NCBI RefSeq assembly: GCF_006345805.1 | Contig: NC_043001.1 | Location: forward strand, 15,252,001 to 15,316,000 | DNA length: 64,000 nt | Reading direction: 5' to 3' | DNA from: Octopus sinensis | Taxonomy: Eukaryota | Shown here: positions 24,202 to 37,505 of the stretch, piece after piece | Layout of the letters: every line of letters starts with the position of its first letter | Position numbering within the stretch: the first letter of the stretch is position 1 | Made by a program: the position numbers and the translations under genes | Notes under the pieces: generated by a model | Told to the model about the DNA's origin: nothing | Database searches by the model: none | What the model saw: the letters and a program-made list of their open reading frames with translations, nothing else

Positions 24202-24979
24202 TAGCAGCATAGCCCGGCGTTGCCCGGGTATGTAAGAGCCCCTAGTAGGCAACGACTAATCCCAATCTAGTCCTTTCCCTCTAGGGAACGAAGGCGCATG
24301 TGTAGGTTGCAATGTCTTCTCTTCACTCCCAAATAACTATCAAACAGCTATCGATAATTCAACCCAACCAATTCCTACCAGGAAGAAATTACATTCGAGA
24401 CTTTACCCCAATAGCTGCTGCAGCCGCAAGTTATTCAAATACTTTTTTTGTTTACACTTTCTTTATAACTACCACCCCAAACGTTTTACCTTAAATTTTT
24501 GACGTACCCTAAGGGTCCTCGGACGCTACTTGCAAACTCTTGGTTTATTATAAACCGCTTTTGTCGTGTGCACCAAAAAACCTTTTCCATTCGTTTGTTC
24601 AGTTTGGTCACTTTTGACTTTTTCGTTGTTGTCACTCACATTGCTGCCCGCTTTTTTGCCATTTTTGTACATTTTTATACATTTTAGGATACTTACCCCA
24701 CGTGTTCCGAGAGTTAAAAAGGTCGAGTTGCGTCCCCTAGACAGTCTATAGAAAATGTGTTGCATATAAAAAGCTTAGATTCTCGACCCATGTCGAATTT
24801 ATCGTTTTTTTTCAGAACTGGGGGAACTTTTCAAAATTTTCGCTGCGTTAGTTTTGAATTATGACATTGGGCTATGTGTGTGTCAAGTTTCATCAGAATC
24901 AGTTGAAAGCCGTGGTCAGGGTGAGGGTACAACCTGACAGACACACAGACAGACAAACTGCCGTTTATATATAGAGAGA
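24201..24979 (-). mobile_element. Non-autonomous Helitron with unique CpG-rich interior
   Basis: Minus strand A|TC...acccgggcaacgccgggctatgctgCTAG|T; termini shared with 6023-6406 and 54659-55055. Confidence 0.8.
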
Positions 24980-25274
24980 TAAGAAATATACAGAGAAATA
25001 CAGAAGAGAAGCCTTAAAATATGGAGGGAGCAGTTATGAGAAGTTGAAAAGCTTCAACCTTTCTCAAAGGAGTTAACAATGTTTGTGCTACACAGTCTGA
25101 ATTGGTAAATAAGACCATTGTTAGAGCCGTGGTTCTTTAAGAATGGCAGAAAGTGAAATATCGATAAAAAGGTTGAATAGATCATAAAATATTCATTAGA
25201 ACAGAGAATAAAAATAAAACATCAGTTGCTCATCAATAAAACTTCCTGTTACTATTATTATTATTATTATTGCT

Positions 25275-25495
25275 AAAGCAGCAAGGTGGCAGAATTGTTA
25301 GCATGCTGGGCAAAATGCTTAGTGGCATTTTGCCCGTTGCTACGTTCCGAGTTCAAATTCTGCCAAAGTCAATTTTGCCTTTCATCTTTTCGGGGTTGAT
25401 TAAACAAGTAGCAGTTAAGCACTGGGGTTGATGTAACCAAATTAATCTCTTCCCCAAAATTTGAGGCCTTGTGCTTACAGTAGAAAGGATTATTA
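25275..25495 (+). mobile_element. SINE family A, diverged
   Basis: ggtggcagaattgttagcatgctgggc...gcctttcatctttcgggg core. Confidence 0.8.
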
Positions 25496-26352
25496 TTATT
25501 ATTGTTGCTCAGTCACAAATCAACTCTAATCGAGCAGACCTAGCATGAAAGCATTCCAGCCATGACCATGTCACCTTATTTTCAGACAATATTATCTTAC
25601 TGTATCTTTTTTTTTTTTTACTTATTTCACTCCTTGGCCATGCTGGGGCACCACCTTGAAGGTTGTAACTGAATGAATTGACGCCAGGACTTTTTTTTAA
25701 AGCCTGATACTTATTCTATCAGTCTCATTTGCTGAACAGGGACATAACTAAACCAACATCAGTTCTTAAAGATGATAAAGTGAGGCTTGGAGGGAATCTG
25801 GTGGTTATTTCTAACAGGTTAAGTAAACAGGTGGAGGATCCATCATTGTTTCAGAAACTTCCTGTTGAGACTGATGTTTACATAACAAAATTGTTAAATT
25901 TCATACACTTCAATCATATGAATTTGATGGATTTGTAGCGGGATGAGTAGCGAAATGTGATGTTGCTGATGGTTCAATGTATGCTGTGGGGTGCAGCAGA
26001 TGAAGATAGGAATGTTGGGCTGACATCAAAGGACAACAATGAGGAAAGAATAGGAATGCTGTTTTCATAATGTATTTGGTTAACAGTTGCATTTATGTAT
26101 TGGATACAGAAAGCTCGATTTGAAAATATGAACAAATTTGCCGCTACATAAGGTTACCAAACTACTTCGAGTTGGTGAAGTAAAAACAGAAGAAAGAGCA
26201 TGTTGATGGGACAAGATAGTACAGAGCCATATTTTGCGTGTGTGTGTGCTTGCCATTTGGTCATGTTGTGTTGTTTTTCTGTGTTGTCTGTTTGTGTCTT
26301 CACATGTTACTGTCTTGTATCACTGGTCACTGCTTGCTTATCTCCTGCTATC

Positions 26353-27220
26353 TGGCTCTCTATCTCAATCATGAAGCTGCCTGTCTGCTCATTGCCATCT
26401 ATCTGGCTCACTGGCGTGTGTCTAAGGAAACCATATTTATAATGGTCATCCTAGCTAGAAGGACGGACATACCATAGGAGTAGTTTGTACTTATTTAGGT
26501 ATGTACTGGTATGAACCAGGAAATGTGTGCCTGTTACACAATCATGGACGAAAAATAGGTGACTTTGTGGATGAGAGCCAAGGAAATCCCATCACGTTCA
26601 ACTCCTGGCTGATTCGTTTCCCGAATGGGATGTCGAGAATGGGTATGGAGTTGTGCATTTCTGCACCCATGTTTCAAATGTATGGTGGTACTAACATGTT
26701 TCCTGTGAAGTATGAGAGGCACTGGGAATTTGTGGCTACCTACCAAATTGACGCGATCGGCTGCTACCTCGATGGGGGATAACAAATGATAGGGCTTGTA
26801 TCTGCACTGTCAGGGTTTGTATTTCTGATACCCGCTGTGCCACCAATGAATGCAAGTTCGCAATTTCTGAAGCAATGGGTAATGAAAAGAAAGGATTGGT
26901 GGAAGGAATCGCTGCCTGGAATGGCTCTCTATCTCAATCATGATGCTGCTTGTCTGCTCATTCCTGTCTATCTGGCTCACTGGCATGTATCTAAGGGAAC
27001 CATATTTGTAATGGTCATCCTAGCTAGAAAGAAGGATATACCATAGGAGTAGTTTGTACTTATTTAGGTCACTTGTTGTCCATCTGAACTTTCCATGATA
27101 CAGCCGAAGTTGAAGGTTGAGTGGAAACTCATCCGTCACTTCTTACAGGACAAAGAAATTTTTCATGCCTGGTCAACCCATAGTGGTGGATCAAGCAAAG
27201 GAGAATCCTTAGATTCGGGT
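26353..27220 (-). mobile_element. Gypsy LTR-retrotransposon gag/protease remnant with partial internal tandem duplication
   Basis: Minus strand reads PPLWVDQA (gag N-terminal PPFW-like), then RGSSRSR...ETC*YHHTFETWVQKCTTP (CWYH..FG..A.KC motif), then SHLFFVHDCVTGTHFLVHT (decayed FLVDTG protease); 148-bp direct repeats at 26353-26500 and 26922-27069. Confidence 0.75.
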
Positions 27221-29449
27221 TTTGAATCTTAGCCCGGAAAATAAAATATAGCTTTTACAGACTGTTCAATTATCAGATAATTGTTATAATTACAAATTCT
27301 GTTGTTCTTTGGTTTGTTTATTACTGGTTTAGTCTGAAGAAAAAAATCGTGCCTATCACTTTTGAAAGTACTCTAAAACATGAGACTTAGATTAAATGGT
27401 GAGGGCATTCCAGAGGGATGACATTTTGAGAAAGAAGGATTGAGAATAGTGGTTAGTATAGAGCCTAAGGGTTTACCAGAGTTAAAAATACCATCTGATC
27501 CTTGGATGCTCTATCATGGTTCACTACTCAAGATAGATTTCTAATCTGAGAATAATTTGCCCCACCAGTTTCAGTGTTATGGAAAAGGATTTTAGTTGCT
27601 GCTCTCCCTCCTGGTTAAAATCATTTAAAAAAAAAAAAAACGAAATAAGAAAAAGCAGTCTCCATATGCTTTTATTTGCTTGTGAATGTACGCATGTATG
27701 TACAATATCTCTGTCTATATAAAATGCTTTAGTTTACATATTTTACAAATGTACATTAGTTATTTGTTGACAGTCTAAACTTTCAAGTTGGATATTCTGA
27801 AGGTAATAAAAGAAGTAGATGGTAGCAGGTTTTAAGTAAGCAAATAGTTTCTAATGTAAAAGTAAATATTTCACCATGGCAATAGAAATTAATAATTTTT
27901 TTCTTTTTTTTTTTTACTGTAAAATACATTTTAATACACATTTAAACCTTATCGTGTTGCAGCAAAATGCAAATATCTATTACAAATCAGTTTTGTTTTT
28001 TTTTTTTGCTATGACTGAACATACACCAAATAAAAAATAAAAGAGAAGATGATACGAGGTGTAACTTTCTAAATGATTAATTGATGTCTTTAGATAGAAG
28101 GACAATGATTATTTACTCTCTCTCTTATTCATTTATTTATTTATTGTTAAGTGACATAGGTTAACAGAGAAGTCTATAAACTGCTAAAAGAGAAGTCTAT
28201 AAACCAGCTTACATTTATGTATATTCAAAATGTATTTCTGTTCTTGAAATATATACATTACTAGATAATTCTGTAAATATTTTCTCATATAACAAAATGA
28301 AATATAAGCATGAAAGTGAAATGAAAGAGCTGAAAAAAATTATATAGAATTTAAAGAACCCAAACTGAATAGTTTAGGGATTACAGGAAGGAAATAAGGA
28401 AGTCATGTGTCAAGTAGTGAATTCTAACATTAAATACAATCATAAACTTAGAGTTCATTCAAAGTTAGCAAAATAATACAGCTTCAAAACCAAGTTCTGT
28501 TACACAGATTTTACATAACGGTTAATGTGCTGTATATGTGAGGCATGATAATTGTTAGTTGAAATGAATATTGTTGATGGGATCTAGTGCTATTATCATC
28601 ATAATCATTTAACATCCATTTTTCATGCTGGCTTCAGATGGATGATTTGACAGAACCTGACAAACTGCACAGCTACATCAAGTCTCTTTGTCAGCTTTGG
28701 CGGGGTTTCGATTATACATAACATCAACTACTTTACAGTGAGTCATGGGTGTTATTTATCTATTTATTTTGTGACACCGGTACTAGAGAGGCCACCAAGT
28801 AACTCACAAGACAGAGAAAAGAAAGGAAAGAAAATGCTATAAACTGTGCCCCCACCCCACCACACCATTAAACATTTTCATACAGCTCTCCATCTTTGGC
28901 CAAACTATCCAATCCATGCCAGCATGGAAAAACAGACATTAAATGATGATCATAATGATGATGATCACTAATCATCTTCCAAGGCCTTATTTTCATACAC
29001 ATATCTCAGCATAGAATCTTAATTGTTAATACAGAATTTCAATACTAGTGTCATACAGTTAGTTTTTGGAGATCTATAAAATTATAATTGTCCAACAAGA
29101 CAGTGTTAAGAACCTTGAAACCCAATATAAAAAAATAAAGAATCTAACTTCAGCTCAGCCAAAAGATATATATCTAAAAACAGGTCTCCTGAAGAAAAAC
29201 AGAAAATAGGGCTAAAACATAATAATCCTTGAGGTGCACACACTACAGCAAGAATCGAAACAATAACGTACCCATTCTTAATATGTTCTTGAGAGTTTTG
29301 AACAGGAAACTTGGTTATCATAGTTTGGCATTTTCAGAGAATATGTCCCTTTGAACAATGTATTCATAACACATGTAATTCACCAGTATAAAAGGCTGAG
29401 ATATGACTCTAACAAGATTTCAGGCTCTTCTTTGTAGAAATCAGCAAGC

Positions 29450-29855
29450 AGATGTTCTCTGATGACAATTAAAGAACAGCAATCAGATATTCACATTTGC
29501 ATCGGCCAAAATGTATTAAGAATGGATGCATTATTTGGATTCTCACTGCTCTGCATGCATCTCAAGAATCATCTGTTTGATATGAATCATCAAAAAATTT
29601 TTTGTTGATTTCTACAAAAAAAAGAGCCTGTACTCTTGTTATATTTGTTGATCAGCTGGGATATCTTTGACTGATGAGACACAATAAGGCTGAAACATCC
29701 TGATATTTCAAAGTCCCCTTACATCGGGGAATTGTAGATGTTATGAACACACAAAGTCTAAAAGAAGATGTTCTCTGATGATGAGAAACAACAGCAATCA
29801 GACATTTGCATTTAAATCTGTCAGAACATATTCAGAATGAATAGATATATTATAG
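29450..29855 (+). repeat. Partial tandem repeat, period 316 nt, containing a hammerhead motif
   Basis: agatgttctctgatga...aacagcaatcaga at 29450 recurs at 29766; similarity ends at about the site of the hAT MITE at 29863. Confidence 0.65.
29658..29717 (+). ncRNA. Type I hammerhead ribozyme motif, mildly decayed
   Basis: Stem I GGGA-tat-CTTTGA / TCAAAG-TCCC; core CTGATGA 29671-77; stem II GAC-acaataa-GGC with one mismatch; GAAA 29692-95; stem III ACAT-cctg-ATAT with one mismatch; predicted cleavage after 29707. Confidence 0.55.
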
Positions 29856-29862
29856 TTTAGAC

Positions 29863-30081
29863 CAGTGGTTTTCAACCAGGGTTCCTCGGAACCTTAGGGT
29901 TCTGCCAGTACAGTCCAGGGGTTCTGCAAGAAGTTACAAAACTGCTAAAATCGGCAGTAATTTTTAATTCTCCTGTGCAGATATGTGTGCATAAGACTAT
30001 TAAATTATTGCACAGGGGTTCCTCGAGCCAGTGGAATGTTTCCTTGGGGTTCCGCTCCAACAAAAAGTTTGAAAAGCACTG
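29863..30081. mobile_element. hAT-type MITE
   Basis: TIRs CAGTGGTTTTCAA / TTGAAAAGCACTG; perfect 8-bp TSD GTTTAGAC at 29855-62 and 30082-89. Confidence 0.92.
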
Positions 30082-31614
30082 GTTTAGACTAAAACAATTT
30101 AACTATAAGTATGAAAGATAATGCTGTGTGGAAACCTTGTTAGATACTTATACCTTTTTTAATTTCTCAGAATGTTTTCACGAAATCTTACTAAAAACCT
30201 AAATCTATTAAATTCTATTAAAAACTCTTGATAAAAAATCCTTTAACATGTTTTTATTTTTCCTTCTTTTGAGAAAAGGTTAAACTGAAATACCAAAGAT
30301 CAAAAAATTTTTTCTAAGGATAAAGTATAGTTAGTCATACTATACCTTCAAAGTTCAAGAGGTAGCATAAAGATAAAAACAACTAAAAAAAATACCACTT
30401 CATGGCTAACCCGTCACAATCTTCATCCTATTTAAACCCTTTTTCAGCAGAGGAAATCATTGCTCATTGTTTTACTGATGTCAAAGATTTAGATTAAAAA
30501 AGAACTAGTTTTAAACTGTCACACATTTAATGATGATGATGATGATGATAGTGGTAAAAGCAGGGACAATGGTGATGACAAACACAACAATGATTATAAT
30601 TCATATATAGAGTATATGAAGTGCTTTGTTATCCAGTTTGATAGTAGCTTTAAGAGACTGGCCAGCTGCTTAAGATAGAAAAATAGTCCTTACAGATTTA
30701 GTCATAAATGTGGCACTCCATCGGTTACAACAATGAGGATCCCAGTTGATCTGATCAACAGAAACGCCCGGTCTGGGAATCGAAACTGCAATCCTACGAC
30801 TGTGAGTCTGCTGCCCTAACCACTGGACCATTGTGCCTCCAGTCATGAATGTAATCAACCAATAAAGACTCGTACTTTTTATATTTTAGTTTATTTTTGA
30901 GATTTGAAAGTGCAACAAATTTCATATTTTGATACAAAAATTTATCAAAAATTTTCTTGTATCTCAGGAGGGTCATTGTGCCAATAACAAGCACAAGTCC
31001 TATTTCATTTTTTTGTCATTTATTTGTCAACTGGTTAACTATTTAATCAATTAATTAATCAGTTGCTTGATTAGTTGTTCTGTCAATCAATCAATCAATT
31101 ATTTTTTTTTTAAAGTCTCTTGCCTTTTGCAGCCTCGTCAGCGATAGTCTCTCATACAAAGATTAGCAAAAGTTTCTGAGAGAGAACTCAGGAACATTTA
31201 ACGAACAAGACAAGAGAGAGGTGCGACTGTTCTAGTAAATAAGAATCAGATTTTAATGGATCAACAATGGAAACATATTTAAAAAAACATATCTTTGCAA
31301 TATGAAATTTAAGCATTATGAAAGAATATTCTGTTACATATATACTTTTGTTTCGAAACTGTCAATGCTAATATTTAAAACTGATATCTAGCTTTAAAAT
31401 ATTTTAAACTTTATGCATTTTTGATCATTTATTTACAATAACTGTATGTATATGGAGAACAAAATTTACAGTATGCTAAAATAATTCATAGCAAACCAAA
31501 CATTCACAATTGAAAGAATTTATTCAAAACAATGCTAAGTGCATGTTTTAATATTTGTTAATATCAACTCGGAAATTAGAAAAAACTTATTCAGTAAATT
31601 TCAATAACAGGCAT

Positions 31615-31945
31615 CGGCAAGATTGTTTGTTAAGGAGCTTTCTTCCCAACCGCATGGTTCTGGGTTCAGTCCCACTGCAAGGTACCTTGGAGAAGTGTCT
31701 GCAACTATAGCCTTGGGCTGAAAGAAGCCCATCACATATTTATTTATTTATTTATTTATTTGTGTGTGTGTCTCTGTCCTTCCACCATTGTTTGACAACT
31801 GATGTTGTCCCCATAACTAAGCAATTTGGCAAAAGAGTCCTATAGAATAAGTACTAAGCTTAAAAAAGAAGTCCTGGAGTTGATTTCTTCAACTAAGAAA
31901 AACCCCTTAAGGCTGCAGACTGAAATAAGTAAAAGAATAAAAGAA
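31615..31945 (+). mobile_element. SINE family B, diverged and internally deleted
   Basis: ggttctgggttcagtcccactgc...ctatagaataagtact...ctgaaataagtaaaagaataaaaga. Confidence 0.75.
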
Positions 31946-32137
31946 TATCTATTTGTCTTTTCTTATTTTATAATCTTTTTTTGAGGTACTATCATCATCA
32001 TCATTATCATTTAAAGTCCCCTTTTTCTTACTGGCGTGGGTTGGGCAATTTGACAGAAACCATTGAGCCAGATGGCTGCGCTGAGCTCCAATGTTTGGGT
32101 ATAATTTATTCAACTGGATACCCTTCCAAATGCCAAC

Positions 32138-32168
<31 letters not shown>

Positions 32169-32267
32169 TGAAACATTCACTAATTAATACTTTATAAAAA
32201 AATTTGCATTGTGCATTTTAATTCATTGATTTACTTTACACGAGAGAAATATTGGCTATAAGAAGCA

Positions 32268-32520
32268 TCAGATGCGGTGTGCAAGAAAGACAACTGCACT
32301 GGTATGGGCATGTGCTGCATATGGATGAGGAGAGCTGTGTGAAGAAGTGTCACTCCCTAACAGTGGAAGGAATCCGTGGAAGAGGGAGACCCAGGAAGAC
32401 ATGGGATGAGATGGTGAAGCACGACCTTTGAACGTTGGGTCTCACAGAGGCAATGACAAGAGACTGAGACCTCTGGAGATATGCTGTGACTGAGAAGACC
32501 CGGCAAGTAAAGTGAGATCA
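32268..32520 (+). mobile_element. RTE LINE 3' end of ORF2
   Basis: RCGVQERQLHWYGHVLHMDEESCVKKCHSLTVEGIRGRGRPRKTW. Confidence 0.9.
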
Positions 32521-32559
32521 CAGACATAGCCTATACCAGTGTTGCATAACCAGTCTATT

Positions 32560-33025
32560 TAAAAAGTACCTTTGAATCATTGGGCAACACACCATGCTTG
32601 AGGAGACCTATTGAGTCAAGTAAAATCAAAATTACAATCAGAATCTCAATTAAATCGAAATGGAAATTGTAGTTGTGGCTGATGCCAGTGCTGCATGGCT
32701 GGCTCTCTGCTGGTGGCACGCAATAAACACCATTATTGCGTGGGTCGATGTGTGTCCCACGACTGGCTTCCTGTGCCAGTGGCATGTAAAAAGCACCATC
32801 TGAACATGGCCGATGCCAGTGCTACCTGAATGGCTCCTGTGCCGGTGGCACGTAAAAAGTAACCACTACAATCTCGGAGTGGTTGGCGTTACGAAGGGCA
32901 TCTAGCTGTAGAAACCTTGCCAGATCAGATTGGAGCCTGGTTCAGCCTCTTGGCTTGCTAGTCTCCAGTCAAACCGCCCAACCCATGCCAGCATGCAAAG
33001 TGGACATTAAATGATGATGATGATG
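32560..33025 (+). mobile_element. RTE-tail type repeat/SINE ending in (GAT)n
   Basis: gccggtggcacgtaaaaag...ggttggcgttacgaagggcatctagctgtagaaac...atgatgatgatg. Confidence 0.8.
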
Positions 33026-33169
33026 AGATGATGTGTAATCAAAGTGTTTTTTATGTTTATGTGGTTATATTAAAAGTAAAGGAAAACATAGCCATTTGAT
33101 GTAGCAACTATTTGTTTCTATATAAGAACATGCATACGGATAACATTCTATGTCTTACACTTGTTGTTT

Positions 33170-33466
33170 GTTCCTTCTCAAGTCATGCCTGGCTCATAAG
33201 GGACGGCTTCCCAGTTTCATTGACATATAGGTTCCCCACCTGGACAGGACACCGGTCCATCACAGGTAAGCTACTAGATACAAGAGGAGAGAGTGAGAGA
33301 AAGCTGTGGCGAAAGAGACAGCGAAGTTCACCATTGCCTTCTGCCAGAACCACGGGGAGCTTAGGTGCTTCGCTCATAAACACACACATCACCCAGTCTG
33401 AGATTCGAACCCACGATCCCTTAACTGCAAGTCTGCTGCTCTAACCACTAAGCCATATGCCTCCAC
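33170..33466 (-). mobile_element. SINE family C
   Basis: Reverse complement of the 13815 head; gggttcgaatctc B-box. Confidence 0.8.
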
Positions 33467-33512
33467 TGTGTCTTACACCCCTCTTAATTTCAAAAACAGC
33501 AAGATTTCCTGT

Positions 33513-33900
33513 TGTTGGAAGCACTCTGTCGGTTACGACGACGAGGGTTCTGGTTGATCCGAATCAACGGAACAGCCTGCTCGTGAAATTACCGTGTAAG
33601 TGGCTGAGCACTCCACAGACACGTGTACCCTCAACGTAGTTCTCGGGGATATTCAGCGTGACACAGAGAGTGACAAGGCCGGCCCTTTGAATTACAGGTA
33701 CAACAGAAACAGGAAGTAAGAATGAGAGAAAGTTGTGGTGAAAGAGTACAGCAGGGATCACCACCATCCCCTGCCGGAGCCTCGTGGAGTTTTAGGTGTT
33801 TTCGCTCAATAAACACTCACAACGCCCGGTCTGGGAATCGAAACCGCGATCCTATGACCGCGAGTCCGCTGCCCTAACCACTGGGCCATTGCACCTCCAC
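33513..33900 (-). mobile_element. tRNA-derived SINE family D, young copy
   Basis: Minus-strand head gtggaggtgcaatggcccagtggttagggc, B-box ggtttcgattcc; 11-bp TSD AGATTTCCTGT at 33502-12 and 33901-11. Confidence 0.9.
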
Positions 33901-35050
33901 AGATTTCCTGTAACTACCATATTTATTACTAGAGCCATCCTTTTCATCATTTTTAGTATATCATTTTAACTTCTATAACTATTGAATATGGCACTGATAT
34001 AGCATTTATTGAGGATAACCTGCTTAGCAAAATGAGAGACTAATATTAACTCTTATGACACTGATGCTACCAGTATCTTTACGACTAGCTCTGGATATCA
34101 TATTTACTCCACAGTAATTTATTTTACTGCAGTCAATAATATTTGTTACTTTTTTTTTTTTTTATAAAAATGAGGGATGGGGTGGAATTTGGTGGAACAA
34201 TTGTTTTAACAGCTGGACACCCTTTCTAGTATTAACTAGAAAACTGAGAAGTAGGAATGGGTGATGTTATCAGTAGCTCAACTGATGCAAGTAAAATGTA
34301 TATCATGCTTAGAAGCACAACAAAATGGCTGTCGTAAGGTTTGATCTTATAACCATGTGACTAAGTATTCCAAGATATTAACAACGAAGCCTTTGCACAA
34401 CACATTCATATGTGCAGCTTTCTTTCTTAGTAGATGGTTTCTCTGGGAGATTGAACTCCTCAAGATCCTGCCAATTTTAGAATCTCTTGCAAATGCAACT
34501 ATAAAATGGTCTGTCATTGTCCACTCATGAAGAGACAAACATAGGAAACTAAACAAATCCAGGAGAACCAATGAGGGAGTCTCAACCTGTTAGAAATAGC
34601 AGCAAAATATTCCTCAAATTACACTGTATCACATCTTAAAGGAAAGAGCACATTAGACATGTGGTCCTATATACCCCCAATAAGATGGTACGGTCATAGT
34701 AGGAATGACTTACTGCACAGGTCTGCTTGATTCTGGTTGACCCGCATCTAGACAAGAACAGGGATCTGTATCTGGACATGATAGCCATTTATTTCTATGT
34801 GTATTGAGCCAGCAAGAATTAAGTACTTTGACTATGGACTAACCACAATACTAATAAACTAGAAAGTGAACAACGGACCCTTCTTTCAAATGTTTTTCCC
34901 TTTACCATACAATAAGAAAAATATAAGAGGACAGTAGCCAGATTGAGTAAAAAATAAGACATTTGGATTAAGTAAATTTAATAATAATAAACCATCAGAA
35001 GCAGACAAAAGATCAAAACAATGACATCCATACTCATTTTTAATACATTC

Positions 35051-35460
35051 TAAGGTGGCGAGTTGGCAGAAACGTTAGCACGCTGGGCAAAATGCTTAGC
35101 GGTATTTCATCTGTCTTTACGTTCTGAGTTCAAATTCTACCGAGGTCAACTTTGCTTTCATCCTTTCGGGGTCAAATAAACAAGTACTAGTTACGCACTG
35201 GGGTTGATATAATTGACTTAATCCGTTTGTCTATCCTTGTTTGTCTGTTTTTGTTTGTCCCTTCTGTGTTTAGCCCCTTGTGGGTAGTAAAGAAATAGGT
35301 ATTTCATCTGTCTTTACGTTGAGTTCAAATTCTGCCAAGGTCAACTTTACCTTTCATCCTTTCGGGGTCAATAAATTAAGTACCAGTTGTGTACTAGGGT
35401 CGGTCTAATTGACTGTCCCCATTCCCCAAAATTTCAGGCCTTGTGCCTAGAGTAGAAAAG
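35051..35460 (+). mobile_element. SINE family A with duplicated internal segment (dimer-like)
   Basis: Full head then a second ggtatttcatctgtctttacgtt...ggggtcaataaa body. Confidence 0.8.
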
Positions 35461-36361
35461 ATTCTTAATACATTCTGCCAAATTTAAACATATGAGTCTG
35501 CCAGAATGTAGAAAGAATGAATATGTATGTCATCACCACTGCTTTTTACATGGCACCAGCATCAATAATAACTTAAGGATGGTGCAGATAGAATACAGTG
35601 GGTATTATTAATGAGAATTTTTCAGTGTAAATTCAGAATTGTCTTTTTATATCGAAGCATTAGGATGAATTGTAGTAAGTCATAGTCAATAATAAAATTA
35701 ATCTGAGATTAAAAAAAAAGTTACTGCTTAGTAGTTTCTGTTCTACTTTTCAGAATATATACATTTGAAAATGAGGAAGTTGTAGGCGTTTTGTGATAAA
35801 TCACCTGGGAACAAAGTACACACTACATTGATATAAGGATTCTGATGTTACTTAGATCTTGATATCATGACGAACGGAGAATTAACAGGGATTAGAATGG
35901 GTTAAGTTTGTATGCTGCTGAAGTTGACTAAATTTTATACGCTGCAAGCTGAAATGTAAATCATGAAGCGGAATAGAAGCAACACTTTAACAGAATATTT
36001 AAAAAGAGGCTATGAGAGATACTCTTATCATAAAAGACAGATAAATGTAATATTTAATCAGATATGACTAACTAGATATGTTGATAAAAAACTGAAGTGT
36101 CATCTCTGAAATAAACAGATATAGTGTTTGAAATATAAATAATTTACTCCTTAGCTTACAATTTAGATACAAATGATCATCTGGCATACTTTATATTTTA
36201 TCTTTGAAATAGTTTTCAAAAATGAAAAACAAAAAAAACACAAATGGTAACATTTGATATATGTTGTGACACTATCACAATCCTACAGCACAAACATTTT
36301 GGTCTTATTCTTTACATATTAAAATTATTAGAAATATAAATTTATTGAGAAACTTTCAAAA

Positions 36362-36394
<33 letters not shown>

Positions 36395-36690
36395 TTGTGT
36401 AACATTGTCCATTTTTCGTCCTTGTTTTTGTATACATTTACTGCTTTGTTCCAAGGAATCTAATGCTCTTAGCTTAGTTTTTCCTTGGGGCTGGCCAGAT
36501 TGGAGCAATCTCAAGTATAATCAGCCGAAATTGCGAAGATAATCTGGTACTTGACTGAAGAAAGAAAACTTCAAATGACCCATCCTTGTTTTATTTGTAT
36601 TGTCTATCTGGATATTTTGTTGTCCCAATTTTGTATCACCTAACTGTCCGGATGTTTGGCGTTCTCGTCCCATTTTGTATTTTATATATA
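36395..36690. repeat. Unclassified CpG-containing interspersed repeat flanked by (TA)n
   Basis: Abrupt composition change between two TA/TG microsatellites; internal GGCTG...CAGCCGAAA. Confidence 0.4.
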
Positions 36691-37505
36691 TATATATGTA
36701 TACATATAAACATATTCTTTGTAAAGCAAAACATAAAATGTTTTTCCCCATCAAACTAAAGTACTTTGTCATCTCAGAGAATGGGGTGTTATATGCTTGT
36801 CTAGACAATTAGTATATTTCTTTCCAGCTTATTTCAACTAAAAAGAAAGTAATAATAATAAAAAAAAAGAAAAAACAACTCTGTAAAATTAATACCAGAC
36901 AATATAGCACATAGCAAAACTGTCATGATATATACTTTACGCAACTCACACAGTTGGCTTTTCTACACAATGGCTAAATGGTTAAGAAGCTTGCTTTTCA
37001 AAAATATGGTTTGGGTTCAGTCCCACTAAGTGGTACCTTGAGCAAGTATCTTCTACAATAGCCCCAGGCCGACCAGTACTTGTAAGTAAATTGGGTAAAC
37101 AAAACTGTAAGGAAGCCTATCATATATGTGTGTGTGTGTGTGTGTAAGTGTTTATCACACCCACCAACCACCAATAGACAACCAGTGTTGGTTTATTTAC
37201 ATCCCTTGAATTTAGCAGTTTGGCAAAAGAGACTGATTGAATAATCAAGAGACTTCAGGAAAACATAAATATGGGGTCAATTTGTTCAATTAGACCAATT
37301 CAAGATTGTGCCCCAACATGGCCACAGTACAAGGACTGAAACAAGTAAAAGATAATGAAAGATATAGTATGACCCACACAGCACATAATCTATAAAGTCC
37401 CAGTCTGATATTAATCACTTAACATACAGAAAACACAATCGCCAACCAAGTAAATAATACAACTCCCATTGAACTCAATCTATACAAGTGACGAAACACT
37501 GAAGT

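Noticed and set aside
26353-27069. TRIM or mini-LTR element hypothesis
   Set aside because: The repeats lack TG..CA ends, PBS/PPT and TSD, and translate as Gypsy gag on the minus strand
29272-29348. Possible upstream HSF2BP exon (MITKFPVQNSQEHIKNG, GG|GTACGT donor)
   Set aside because: No recognisable homology and a weak acceptor; cannot be supported without transcripts
29776-29795. Other CTGATGA occurrences (29459, 29776, 47709; minus strand 13069, 45326)
   Set aside because: No stem II plus adjacent GAAA and no stem I pairing
31110-31240. CpG-containing unique segment that could be a first exon or promoter
   Set aside because: Stops in all frames after the candidate acceptors; no positive evidence
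36490-36550. GGCTG...CAGCCGAAA stem resembling the hammerhead at 21050
   Set aside because: No CUGANGA core upstream and no U-H cleavage site with stem I
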